NCBI GenBank assembly: GCA_011109175.1
Contig: RDEW01000008.1
Location: forward strand, 815,954 to 879,953
Direction: 5' to 3'
DNA length: 64,000 bases
DNA from: Dicyema japonicum
Taxonomy: Eukaryota; Animalia; Dicyemida
Below, one piece after another: positions 46,580 to 59,466 of the stretch. Both the position numbers and the translations under genes were made by a program. The notes below the pieces were generated by a model, which did not search any database, had not been told where the DNA came from, and was given only the letters and a program-made list of their open reading frames with translations. Each line of letters starts with the position of its first letter. Position 1 is the first letter of the stretch.

Positions 46580-49500
46580 CTAATTAAGTGACCCAGGAAT
46601 CCATACCAGTCTTTTTCCTGCGGTTAGTTTTGGAGTCCTGGATTAATCTCCACAGCGTGGAAGATTTCTTCTCATATCTCGGGCAGGCGTCCATATATAG
46701 TCTGATGTGCGGTCCGAGGGAATGGTCAGGGGACTTTGCCATTTTGAGAAAGTCCCGGTGACGTTCCGTAAAGTATTCCATGATTGGAGGATGTTTAGTG
46801 TTTTCCGTAGTAACGAGGTGGACGTCTTTTTTGACGATCTCAATAGAATTCTGAGACATCGATTTTGTGAAACCTCCAGCTTACTTTATGCTAATATTGA
46901 TAAGGGGGCAATCTATGCAGCACAGGCGTACTCGATGCTAGATAGAACAAATTGTTTGTATAGAATCTCTAACGATGGGCGGGAAGATACTGGAGAGTAG
47001 TGAACGCCTTGAGAATTCCAATTTTCTTTTGGATCTTCGCGGTTACTAGGTCCACTTGATGTGTAAATGTGAGTAGGGAATCCAGGATGACTCCAATGAT
47101 TAAAAAGGTTTTCTTAATGAGAAGCGGGGAGTCATACAATGTTATTCGTGCTGTTTCCCATAATTCTTTTCGTGCTGAGGTAAACGTCATTACATGTGAC
47201 TTTCCTGGTGATATATTCAAAGACCCATCTGGTTTAGTAGCTCTTGTACGTCTCGTGTCGCCTCCTCGATTTTTTGATGTTTCACTGCGACCACGAGATC
47301 ATCCGGATAAGATAGAAGAATTGTGTTTTTGGTGGTTGGGGATGATAGGTCACTGATGAACATGTTGAAGAGCATTGGAGACAACGGTGATCCTTGTGGA
47401 ACTCTATTTGGAAGGTATCGCGGTTTTGATTTTTGGTAGTTTGCCACCACTTGGCCCATTCGACCGTTGATGAAGTTAGCCAAACCATGACTTGAATTTA
47501 GGGTGGATCGACAACGTAAAAATTTTTGCTGAAAAAATCTTCCGATATACTGAGTCAAAAGCTTTCTATACATCCACTGAAACCGGCACGGTTCTCTCGC
47601 ATGGATTTGGGTATTCAGGCCGTCCGAAATGAATTGAACCAGTTTTGTTAGATGATTTGTTGTTGAATGTCCTTTGTGGAAATCTTGTAGAAAACATGGC
47701 AGAGATATGAAAGGACGGATCTTTTGAAGGACCAGTTTTTTAAAACTCGTGATAAGGCGCAAATGATAAATACCGGGCGGTAGGAGAACGGGCAGATTAG
47801 TGGTCTGTTTTTCTTCAGGATAGGTATCAGATCATATTAGGGTGTATCAGAGATTTCTTCCATATTGACGGAATCTTGTTCTCGTTTATTGAGAGGTTGA
47901 AAATTTGTGTTATTGCGGCCGTCGCGGAAAGACCCAGGTGTTTCAGTTCGAGAATAGAAATGTCATTTGAGCCGCGGGACGACGAGTTATTCATCTTCCT
48001 GATTACTGAGTGCACCATTGAAGGGTCGAAAAATTCATGTTGGGACATTTATTCCTTCGACCATTGCCAGGACGAACATCCAGGTCTTTTGAATATGGTT
48101 TATGACTAATATTCACATAGTACTTCATAATGTCATTGGGATTTGGATGTGGAGAGCACTTCTTGAGCATCCTTATCGATTTCTATAATACAGTGGGGAA
48201 ATATTGTTCGTAGCTTTTCTGAGAAAGGCTTCCCAACGTTCTTTGTTGTGTTTGTGATGTTCCGCGTGATTTCTTTGTTCAGTTTTGATATCCTTTCAGC
48301 TACGTCCACTGATTGTCTTTCGAAATTCTTCAGCTTATTTCTCGTTTGGATTAGATCTCGCTATTCAGCATCAATTGGGTGCGATGGACGTTGAGGGCGA
48401 CCCTTCGGGATGAATCTTTTGCGAGCTCGGAGTATAATCTCGTTGAGGTATTTGACAGCAGCGTCGATAGATCCGAAGTTTCTATCCGGAACGCCTGGAG
48501 GTGTAGTTCGGTAAAATGTGTGAAGGCGGGCCACATTGCATTGAGAAGTTCACATTGATTCTCGGAGTGTTCATTAACTTATGTTTTTGTGGGATCCTCA
48601 TGAAGATCGGGTTATGGTCTGGTATGTAAGTCGTATGTAACATCCCATGAAATAACAGCCGCAAGAGAAGGAGCAGCAAAATAAATGTCTGGTGAAGTAA
48701 CGGAGTCGCCTCGACGAAAAGGGGTCCTTGTGTGTTTGCTTGGAATATTGAGAATGATCAAGTCGTCAAAACTGTCGGATATGAGGGCTCCCCGTTGATC
48801 CAGTTGTTTGTCAGTATACCATTGAGAACTCTTTGCATCTAGATCACCGCCAATTAGCGTGTTTTCCAACCTGGTGAATCGCTTGAGTTCGGGGCTGTTG
48901 CCGCTGGGGCATGATGGCGGAGGGGGTATGTACATATTGACAACTGTCAATATGAGAGAGGGTAGGCAAATTCTCAGAGTTAGATGTTTCAGTGTGTCGT
49001 CTTGGTGGGAAGGGTCCGGGATGTCGTCCGAGATATTTCTGGCCATTATATGCTTCCTGATTAGAGTAATAAGGCCTCCTCCCATTCCATAACCTCTGTC
49101 TCGTCTGAAAACGGAGTATCCCGGAAAGTTGGGGTTGGTCGCCGTGGGTTAAGTTTCGTCTCTTGGAAAAGACCACTGAGTGTTTTATGAGAAAGCGTTG
49201 TAGTTCGGCAATTTTTGTTCGGATACCATTGATGTCAATTTTTAATATGACTAGATCTGGTCCAGGATTTTCCTTGACATCTCAACAGGAAAGGAGTAGA
49301 ATTCGACACCATCTGCCGCTTCCATGGTTGTGGGATAGAGAGTTTGCGACTCTTTTCCAACACTTCAAGTGAGCGATGCCACCACGTAGGCGAGTCACAC
49401 GGCATGAAATCTTTCCGGTCGATGGGAATTATTTGGGCACATATTGAGGATGGATCCTGGTGCTCCCGCAAATGATATCATGGAACTATACTTCCTAAGC
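46580..49500 (-). mobile_element. LINE family B with APE endonuclease and RT, near-complete but decayed ORF
   Basis: GGGLITLI..LTVVNMYIPP..LIGGDLDAKSSQW..TSPDIYF (APE); SSRGSNDISILELKHL..IPSIWKKSLIHP; STTNHLTKLVQFISDGLN; VPQGSPLSPMLFNMFISD..SYPDDLVV; IIGVILDSLLTF. Confidence 0.85.
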
Positions 49501-50034
49501 ACTAGTTCATTCCGGGGCAGATTACAGACAACACTTCCTCTGACTTTAAATAACGACCTAAAAAATGCAAAATGCGACTGGAAAACCTTGATGACTTAGA
49601 CGCCTTCCAAAAAAATCGAAATCTCAAGAGGAGCGTGGAGGCGTCTGAAGGTAAAAATATCCGGGGTTGGGCACAAGCGACGTCACTTGATTAACTATAT
49701 AGTTGTTGTGAATGTGCATTATTATTAGAGCTCCTTAATATACTGGGAACCAAAAAGTCATGACACCACTTAATTTTTATTATTTTTTTATTTTCATCTA
49801 TAAAATATAAACTACTTTGACTTGTAAATGTTTTTTTGAAAAATAAAAAGTTAAGTATAAGAAAAGTAATTTATAATTCGTTAAATTTAATAGTTGGATA
49901 AGCAAAAAATAAGTTTTAAAAATTTTGACGATTTAAATTGAATTTTTTATGTTTTAAATTAATTTCGACTTCCTGGTAAACCAGACTATCAGTGAATAGA
50001 ATTCTGTGGTTTACGATATCTCCAAATCACACCA

Positions 50035-51411
50035 ATGGCCGACCTAGTTGTTCGCTACACAAATTGCCTGGTTCTACGGGACAGAAAACTTCAGGAGTGC
50101 GACCTCTGGACAAGAAATGGAATCGTGATAAATCCTCAACGTCTATTTTACGTTGAAAAAAAGACCGCTGATGTCGTTATCGACTGCATGTCGGCCATCA
50201 TCTCACCAGGATTTATTGATATACAAATCAACGGTAACTTCTAAGTCTTCACTTTATAGGAGCCATTGGATTTGATTTCTCCATGGACTGTCCTGACTAT
50301 TCCGACAGACTTATGCTCGTATCCAAGTTTCTCCTAAGTCACGGAGTGACCTCATACTGCCCAACCTTAGTGACGTCATCACCCCAAACTTACAAATCTG
50401 TAATTTTCCATAGCAAATGAGATAATTCCGAAATTTGAAAAGAGGAGGGGCGGGTCTGATGGAGCAGAGATACTAGGTGGGGATTATAATTACTTGAGGA
50501 CTTCATCTCGAGGGACCTTTCATCTCCAAAAGCAGGAAGGGAGCACATTGTGGCGATCTAATACGTGAGTGTGAAGACATACAAAATCTACTTGACTGTT
50601 ATGGATCGGATCTTTCCAACGTGGCCATTATTACGATGGCTCCAGAAGAGGTCAATGCTGATGAGATCCTCCCGTACCTCTTGGAGCAGAACATAGTCAT
50701 CTCCATCGGTTATTATAAATCAATATTCCAGGACACACGAATACTTCTCTCGAACAAGCCACGTGTTTTGTGCAAAAAGGGGCAAGTCTAATAACCCACC
50801 TGTTTAATGCTATGGCTCCTGTTATACACGTGTTTTAGTGTAGTTCCACCATCGTGAGCCAAATATCGTTGGACTTCTTTCATACACGGAAGAGACCGAG
50901 AAAATATTCTACGGAATAATTGCCGACGGTGTCCACGTTCACCCCTCGTCGATCAAAATGGCACATTCAGTCAGTTCTGACCGTATTCACTGATCTTAGC
51001 CAAGGATTTATACTGATTACGGATGCCATGAGTGCAATGGGACTTAATGAAGGGGTCCATAAGATCGGGACCGTAGAAGTTGACGTAAAACCCAATTATG
51101 TGACCGTCAACGGGACCGACGTTCTCGCGGGAGGTTGTATTGTGAAGGAGTGTAGTATAACGACGATTCCCAAGTCGATTAGAAATCTCAAAGATATGAT
51201 GGGATTTACTGTCGTGGAGGCGCTCTCGACGGCCACGGAACATCCTGCTGAACTTTTAAAAATCAAAAATAGAAAAGGAACCCTGGACTTTGACACTGAC
51301 GCAGATTTTGTCATTTTGTCCCCGGAAATGATCCCTTTAGTGACTGTCATTGCCGGAATCCCCGTTTGGATTTCTTCTGATTCAAATATTAATCTAAATT
51401 GCCTTATCTGA
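50035..51411 (+). CDS. AMDHD2: N-acetylglucosamine-6-phosphate deacetylase (NagA), multi-exon
   Basis: YTNCLVLRD..DLWTRNG..NPQRLFY..SPGFIDIQINGAIGFDF, HGVTSYCPTLVTS, GLHLEGPFIS..KGAH, ITHLFNAMAPFHHREP, YGIIADGVHVHP, LITDAM, ATEHPAELL..KGTLDFDTDADFV. Six clear introns of 22-26 nt. Confidence 0.95.
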
Positions 51412-51589
51412 AACATCAAATGTATTCGTTCACTAATATTTTAACATAACTTATTATTATTGATAATAGCACGTTCACGAGAGCCATAATATTTATAGCA
51501 TGTGCAGCAAAAAAGACAAGTGGAAGAGTTAGCTTATTCCAGGCTTTTCTGTTTTTGCCCAGATCCCGCAGTGTGTCCAGGTCATCAGC

Positions 51590-51720
51590 AGATGCTGTGT
51601 CTTTCAGATCTAGCAGAGATAATTGAGTGGTTGCTTCCCCTGACAACTGCCAGAGAAATCCTTTGTAACAGCCATTCGGTTTCCCGAGGTTCGTTATTTT
51701 TCAATTATTATATATTTGAA
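51590..51720 (-). mobile_element. CRE-clade element 3' tip
   Basis: NEPRETEWLLQRISLAVVRGSNHSII on the minus strand. Confidence 0.6.
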
Positions 51721-52135
51721 CATACAATGTGGTTAGCTTCCCATGTAAACTCAAACCTTAACATCACGGAACACCAACGAAACTTCTTCAAATGGCCAGA
51801 TAACAATGTAAAAAAAGCCAACAGAAAAGTAAATAATCAAGAGTTGGTTAAAAACATGTAAATTGGTCCACGATGCGGTTATATATGTTTTTTGAAAATA
51901 CGGGTGGTATATTAAGATTATTAGCATTAAAGGTTTGCTGTGTTATATTGAATTGCGGAGTTAACGTGTTTGCTGCCATGCTGTTTGTTTTCATGATTTG
52001 ACAATACCTGCCTTATCGCTGGATTTTGAAGTTTTAGAATGGACTTGGAAAACGCAAAAAAACAATTTATTAACATTTTTCATGACCATTGGCATTAGCC
52101 ATAGGATCATCTTTGTTCTTTGGGCGGAGTTTATA

Positions 52136-53540
52136 CAGTCTCGTGCAAATGTTACCGCCAGGGTCAAGTAATTCATAAGATATGCAAAAATGTTACTTTT
52201 ATTTGATAATTTTTTTTATTTTAAAAAGCAAATATGCTTTTTAAATTTTAGCCAACCTAATAAATTTTTTATTTATTTCATCCTTAAAAATGGGATTTTT
52301 CCACTTTTTATTTTTTTTAACGAAAATTAACCCGTGCATATATTACCGCCACTTTACTCAAAATTCAAGATAAACCGAGATTTTGTTAAAAAATTGTAAA
52401 ATCAATATTTAGAAGTTCCTGTATATATTCATTGTCCATAGTGTTCCAAATATTTTGATCTGTTATCCACAGTTCTGAAACTGTTTTTGGACTTTTATTT
52501 TTGATTTTAGATAACTCCAACAAGTCTCAGTAATATTCAGGTCTGGAGATTGTGGAGGCCAATTTTCTAAAACTGTGATCTCTTTGTTTTGGAGATATTC
52601 TTTTGTACACTTGAAGTATGTGAAGGAGCACCATCTTGTTGTAAAAAGTATCCTTTTTGATAATTTCAACAAGTCCTCAGAAAGAATTCGTTGATATTCA
52701 ACAGAATTAACACTTCTAGTGCATAAAACTAGCACTCGTTTTCCATCATTTCTAATTGCACCCCATACCATAATAGAGGGTGAATATTTAATTGTCTTAG
52801 TTGTATACTTTGTTTCAAATCGAGATCCTGAGGTCTTCTAGTATATTCTCTCGATTCGAGACTCAATGAAATCCGACACTCATCGCTGAAAATTACATTT
52901 TTCCATTCGAAGAGTATTTTAGTTTTGCACCACAATTTTCTTTTTGTTTTTTGAGGCTCAGTAAGCAACGGTTTTTTGACCGCTCAGTATGCAATGAGAA
53001 ACATCACAGTCTGTTCGGATCTGATTAGATGCTTTTTTGGGATTGCACACAGAATTTCGGACGAGAATTCTTTCATATCGTGCCGACAAAATTTTTTTTC
53101 GGCCAGATTTAGGTCTATCATTGCAGCCATATCCTTAAATATAGCTCTTATGGATTTCACGAACTGTACTTTTGCCTATTCCGAGAGTACTAGCAACTTT
53201 AGAAATCGAAGTCCCATTTTCAATAAAAAAATATGATTTTATAACGATTTTCAACCGAAACACGTGGAATATAACGTTTTTTTAATTTTATTGTACATTT
53301 AAAGAATTTAAAAAATAAAATAATTAATACTTGACTTTAGATATATCTAATTTTTAGGTGCACGCGGCTTAATTTTTTAAAACAATAAAAAGTAGAAAAA
53401 TCCCATTTTTAAGGGATGAAATAAATAAAAAATTGATTAGGTTGGCTAAAATTTAAAATAATAAAAATTATCAAATAAAAGTAACATTTTGCTTATCTTA
53501 TGAATTACTTGACCCTGGCGATAACATTTGCACGGGACTG
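52136..53540 (-). mobile_element. Full-length-size (1405 bp) Tc1 element with ~200-bp TIRs and TA TSD; transposase inactivated
   Basis: TA|CAGTC(T/C)CGTGCAAATGTTA(C/T)CGCCAGGGTCAAGTAATTCATAAGA at both ends. WKNVIFSDEC, VWGAIR..G, NWPPQSPDLNITE motifs, with in-frame stops and frameshifts. Confidence 0.9.
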
Positions 53541-56099
53541 TATGTGCAGAATACAAAACCGCCAAAACATTTAGTTCAGGTTTTTCGTGTTTTTTACGTT
53601 TTTTTAGAAAATGGAGCTTTTAAAAGGTGGCTTAGGTCTATTTTTTGTGGAATGGTCTATGACCGATTACTATAAAATATTTGAATAATGGGAAAATATA
53701 ATTAAGTTATTTTTGTTTTAACACTTTTTGGTCACATTTACTCTATATGACTGGAACATTTTTATAGCTGTTAAAATTTTAAATATAGCACTTAAAAATT
53801 AGCTTTATAGGATTTATAAACCAAAAAAATACCATTTAAAAAATATAGCGCTTAAATTTTTTTAATTATTATATTATTATTAAAAAGTATGGCATCTCTA
53901 ATAGAAGTCCGACTGAAAAGGGAATCTTATGTGAAGGCTGCTCTACGTCAAATAGGTAAATGGGTACCAATTATATACGGTAGTTTATGAAGTTTTTCGT
54001 TCTTTGAGACGTAAAAATTTCCCGATCAACATTAAAACTTGTTGTCTGCAAAATTGCAAATACGCATTCTAATAAAGACTTACTGGTAAATAATAGAATT
54101 TTTCTAATTGTGGAATTCGAAATTGCTTTGAAAAGGCGTTGGAAAATGGACAATAAAAACATGATAACAAACACAGCCCAATAAATCAGTATTTAATTGG
54201 AAATATGAAAATTTAGAGATTTTTATAATGTTCTGAAGAAGATAACAGCGAAATATTTAGATTATGCAATATGTAACGTGGTTTCACAATGCAGCTTAAT
54301 GCAGTCAAACAAGAAACTCTTGAAAATGTTCTTAAAGATTTTAAAGCAGATATTGTGCATTCACTAAAAAAGACCCTCATTTTTAAGGAAAATCTCAAAA
54401 TTGGGAGTTTTAGGGTCGGACTGTATCATACACGCGAGAATACTGAGAGTAAGTCGGATCCTGAAAGAATGAAGCACCAAAGATGCTCACTGAGAAACGT
54501 TTAAGCAAAAAATTCCCAGTTTAAGTTTTTTGATAACTCTAACAATGATTTTTGGAAAAATATTTAAGTGCTTCTCTTCCTCCGACTTGTAATAACTGCA
54601 ACTCAGCCATGATCAGCCTCGGAAATGGCTGAAACCTTCTGAGAGGATCCAGGCTCGAATGAAAGGAACTTGTAGTGGTTGTTAAGATTTCATTGTTAAT
54701 TCTGACTATCATAAATTAAGGTATTTCTACTGATACCGTCGCTTCGTCACCTCGGTACATTTCATGCAATAAATATAAGTCACCCCTCAATTACTCGACC
54801 AATTAACCATCAGTCCTTTCATGACGCTTTAAATAATCATTCTGCTTTTTTCTCCAAATGTAAAATTCCTTAGGAGAATATACAACCTTACTGAATTTTT
54901 ATTTCCCTTTTCTCATCTTATGAATTCTTGGTCCCTGGATGTACTTGTCATTGTTCATCTTCCACTTGCTACTTGGTAGAAGGTTTCTCTTTCCTCAGCT
55001 CCTTATCTTCTCTTATTATACTAGAGTGGTATTATGTGATACGTCCCCTGAAAGAACCCCACTAAAAACATCATTTGCTTTCTCCCACTACACTGGAAAG
55101 GTTCTCACAACTGGAACGACTGAATGTGTGCTTTCCCTTCCGTAGTTTATAAATAAACTTATATGTGGATCGCGTATAGGTGATCCCAAAGACAGCAACC
55201 ACCAACCATCACAGAATCATAAGTCGCAATTTATTTAGAGGCAACAAGTGCTGTGAAAAGTTCTCAAATTAAGATTATTGAACAAGTTGACATGCTCAAT
55301 GAAATTATGGACATTCCAATGAGATTGCACGAACGACTCCTCCAGTTGGAAGGTCCCGAATTTAATACACCTAATTCGCTTGCAGACAGTCCCCGACCGC
55401 ATCTCAACCAAATTTCATGAATCAGCTACCTCAGGAATCCTTCCGATTCGTTTATAGTATGTATTTCTCAGAAAATTACCCCCCACTACCCAAAATAAAG
55501 AACGGTCTCCTAAGGGATATGCACTTTATGAAGTAAATCAACGGAACCTTCTCGGAAGAAGTCATCTTCTGCCTAATCTGCCCTCCCACGACCAAATCAT
55601 AGGCCTCCTGACTGTCCATTGACACTCCCGAGTAACTGTCAACTATGCACGTGTACTAAAACGAATTGCAGCTTTCTGTACCCAAACTCAATTCTGTTCA
55701 GAATCCTCGTGATCTGCTCCTTTTCGAATCTTAAGCTGTACTTGATGCAGAACCCGAGCGCAACATTGACTTGAGCAGTGTCGCACTAGAGAACTCTAAC
55801 GGACGAGTTTTCCATTGTCCAAAACCGCCTGGAGGCCTTATTCCCTGATGTGAGGATAATCGAGACTTTTGGTATGGCTCTTCTTGATGCCCTCTATTTT
55901 TGTCCGAACGGAATGTTCATGTGGAGAACGGCTGATTCGTTCGGCTCATCAAGGAGGAGATTAAAACTCTTGAAACACAAATCGCTTTTTCTTAATGAAA
56001 AATAATATTTTTGTTCCCAAAAAGAGCTCCTCACTATCGAGTTTCCCTTGTTAAGATCTCCCGATTTTGCCATTCCATGCTACCTGTCGTCTTTTGCAA

Positions 56100-56700
56100 G
56101 CTGCCGTGCCTTGGCTTCTCATTCTTATGTTCATGACCCGAATTGAGTCTGGACCCTGTGCTTGATACGGTTGTGCAGCAGTGAAAAAGCGAGCGGGCTT
56201 GGTGTTCTGAACAATTTTACCTCTCAAAAAACACTGAGATGAAATCCTTTGCGAAAAAAAGCTAAATGAATTTGGAAGGTTTTCAGATATTCATTGTCAC
56301 AGTGGCGTCTTCTGAGAATTTGGGGTCTGGTTCAATTGCCTTCCTGGTACGAGCAGTTGGTAATCTGTCAGGTAGTGGGATGGTTGACAGGAAAGGGCTA
56401 CATCCGTTGTCATGCAGACGGAGCGCCGGGAATTCCCTCGTCACGTCATGTTAAAGTCGACTGTCATGCTGGCTATCGAAGATCCAGTATTTACTTGCCT
56501 TCTGGAACCCATCGGTCTTGACAGAAGTAGTGCAAGACCATACAATGGAGCAAGGGAGATGTCTTGCTTGGGATTCAACGTGCACGGACAATTTTCTCTA
56601 ATGGAATCTGCCCAAGTCATCGTTGCGTGTGGGAAAATGAGGAAGTCCAGGGTATTGAAGACCGGTTCGCTTTCCAGCCGATCACCGATAAGTTAAATTA
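56100..56700 (+). mobile_element. CRE-clade retrotransposon fragment (zinc knuckle/RLE start)
   Basis: KGLHPLSCRRSAG..RHVML..LLEPIGLDRSSARP. Confidence 0.7.
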
Positions 56701-58799
56701 AATTTTTATTCCAACACCACCGTTTAGCCTTAAAAGAAACAAAGTGATCCCGAGAATTTTAATCCAGGTTCTCAGCCGGGCTCGATCCTCTCCCTTGATC
56801 CTAAACAAGCTCGTTAAAGTCAGATTGTCTCCTACTTTCGTTATTTCTTTGAATTAGGATCTCCAAAAATGTCGGAATCATGTTCTTTTTGTCCGTAGAC
56901 TAATTCTCTGTCACCCCAAAAGCCCTATTTGTGTAGCCACGATTTTCTAAGGAGTAGTCCAAGAGATCAAAGGTTTAAAAGTGTTTGAAATGAAAAAAAT
57001 AATATAAAAGATGCTAAAAACAATTTTCCAGGTTTGAAGCCTGATATTAACATGTTCTTTGAACACGTGACTAGGAAAGATTTTATTTGATCAATGGATG
57101 TTAATTAATACAGTTACTGGGAATCCTTGTCTCTAATACTACTAGTCTTCTTTCAATTAAGGCTTTGTACGGGTTTTAGCTATCGGCTTTTAAATTTAAA
57201 AAATCGAATCCAAACTTCTCTCGTCCGATATATTAATACTGGTAATCGGAGGTATTTTTAATATTGCAGCATTTGTTTATGAAAATTTAAAAGTTTTTAG
57301 CTTTTAAGCTTTTTTGGCTATACATTGGCAATCGATGCCATTGCTCAAGTCTCCGGCGCTTAATTAAGACCGTCCGATGGGTAAACAAATCTTTGGAAAA
57401 ATACGGACTTAAGTAGATCGCCACCAAACCAGCTTTCATGTCATAGTTATGTCGCTTACAAGTGATTTACCACATTGCTCATTTGTCTTGGTGATACTGC
57501 CAATTTTTAGGACAGCTCTCGACACTGAGACACCATAAAAGTATATTCTTGTTATGGTAGAGCACTTCTTTCTTGCTTCCAGTCAAGGTTCTTAGACACA
57601 CAGTTGTTATCTTTCAGATTATTTGTCCTTAGAAACCGCTGAGAAAGAGGCGGTTACTTATTTACCCTCGCCACCTCAAGTGATGAAACAGGTGGTTAAC
57701 AAAACAAAGACGAACGGCCTCACATGCTCGGTAAGGATAGAAAAGATGTGGAGGGAAAATTGAAAGCGGCCCGAGACATGAAAATAGTCTTATGGTCGTA
57801 GAGTAACCTGGAAGGACAGAGAACTAATTCTGCTGCCCGGTTTTGTATACACAGTCTTTTAAACCCACGTGGTTCGTCCACTTTCGTTAAATCATATTCT
57901 CGATACAAATTTGTAGGGGGGCAGTCTTGGAAGATAGTTGTCAACAAATATCAATTATTCGTTCTACATGAGAATAAATAATCACATTAATGCTAATGAA
58001 TAATCTCATTAATGCTGAACAGTCAGCAGGCTTGCAAGAAAACGGGAGGTGAATTATGAAAGACTCAACGGCTCTTCCAAAAATTGGCTTGTCATTATGA
58101 AGGGTGACTCTCAATTCGTTATCTCTCTCATAAATTTTGTGTCACCATAATAACGTTCCGCACAACTTCTAGTCAACTGAAAACACAAGTAGAATGCCCC
58201 TGTTTTTTCTCAAGAGAGTAGGATGTCTGGCCACATTCAGAAGCCGTAAAACTCAGTGGCCCCTAAAGTTGTCACTGTGAGAGCATCTATTATGTCGGCA
58301 AGGATCAATACTTAAACAACTCAGAAATATTAAAACATCAAGAAGCTTTGATAAAACCACAAGGGCACTATTAGCATATCCATGCAAAACCATAGTTGTG
58401 GGGACCCCTCCAAAATATGATCCAGTTATGTAAGGGAGAGAGAAAACTTCTCTTTATCACTAGGCACTTCTCGTGACAGGTGGATCGCATGACACCACTC
58501 TAATTGATAAGAAGAAAGGGGCAAAGCATATGAAAGAACCTTGTATAACATCCTAGCCACAAGGTTAGCTGGGATTAAAAGTTTTTTTAACAAAAATAAT
58601 TGATTTATTCTGATAAGGCAAACAGATAAGGATGAGTTAGCTGATAGTCCTTCTCAAACTCCACTAAAAGCCACTATTTGGAGTTGATGAAATGACTTAC
58701 TAGAATAATTCCCTATTTTGATATAAACTCCCCACTGCATTCTTTTACCCCACGTGGACAACATGACGAACTAAAATCATCAGATATTTAATTACAGGA

Positions 58800-59290
58800 G
58801 GTTGAACCTCAAAGACCTAATGACTGAAGAAATCCAATCGCATAAGATCTTCCGGAAGAATCTGACAGGATCGATATTCACGACAAATCCACCACTCCGT
58901 AACTCTGAACACCCTCTTCTGCATTTCCTCATTCTTTCTCATATTCGTCCAAGACATGGAAGATCCTCACAAAGCTTAAGCATATGAGAGGCATGGCTCG
59001 ATCTGTAAACGTTCCTCATAATGAGTACCGATCTTCCATATTCCCATAAGTCTTTTAATACAGATTTTTCACACTTCGTGAGAATCTTTGGCAGTGATGG
59101 GAAAAAATGCATATCAAGTGTCACACCCCAGATCTTTTGACATCTCTTAAAGGGATATCGACCTTCTTTAACTTCAAAGTGACTGTCTTCCGTCCCAATC
59201 TTTTCTCCGAGGTAAAAAAAGTTGTGATTGACTTTTCTGCACTCATCATTATACAGTTCTACATCAGTCAAGCGTGAAGTGACGATAGGT
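58800..59290 (-). mobile_element. LINE family A 3' fragment
   Basis: RYPFKRCQKIWGVTLDMHF and GACGAATATGAGAAAGAATGAGGAAATGCAGAAGAGGG align with 3840-4090. Confidence 0.65.
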
Positions 59291-59466
59291 TTTGGTCTAT
59301 ATATAAATAAATTTCTTAATATATAATACTAATTAAAAAATATTTTAAGATATCGACTATTTAATTAATGGAATAAAATAAATAAAAACTTAATAAAAAT
59401 AAAGATTTATTTTTTTAGAATGGCAAACCAAAAAATACCGGGGAATTATAGAAAAGATTAGATAAC

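Noticed and set aside
11156-51411. A carbohydrate-metabolism gene cluster (AMPK gamma, PPP1R3, GALT, AMDHD2)
   Set aside because: The genes are spread over 40 kb, interleaved with unrelated genes and TEs, and do not form one pathway; only the PPP1R3/GALT pair is kept as a weak lead.
2025-58760. Frequent CCACGTGG/CACGTG palindromes as possible HDV-like ribozyme cores or a shared regulatory motif
   Set aside because: At the sites checked (~2033, 33578, 43054, 57865, 58749) the P1/P2/P3 pairings could not be built. Occurrences fall in exons, introns, TEs and spacers alike. Enrichment was not computed.
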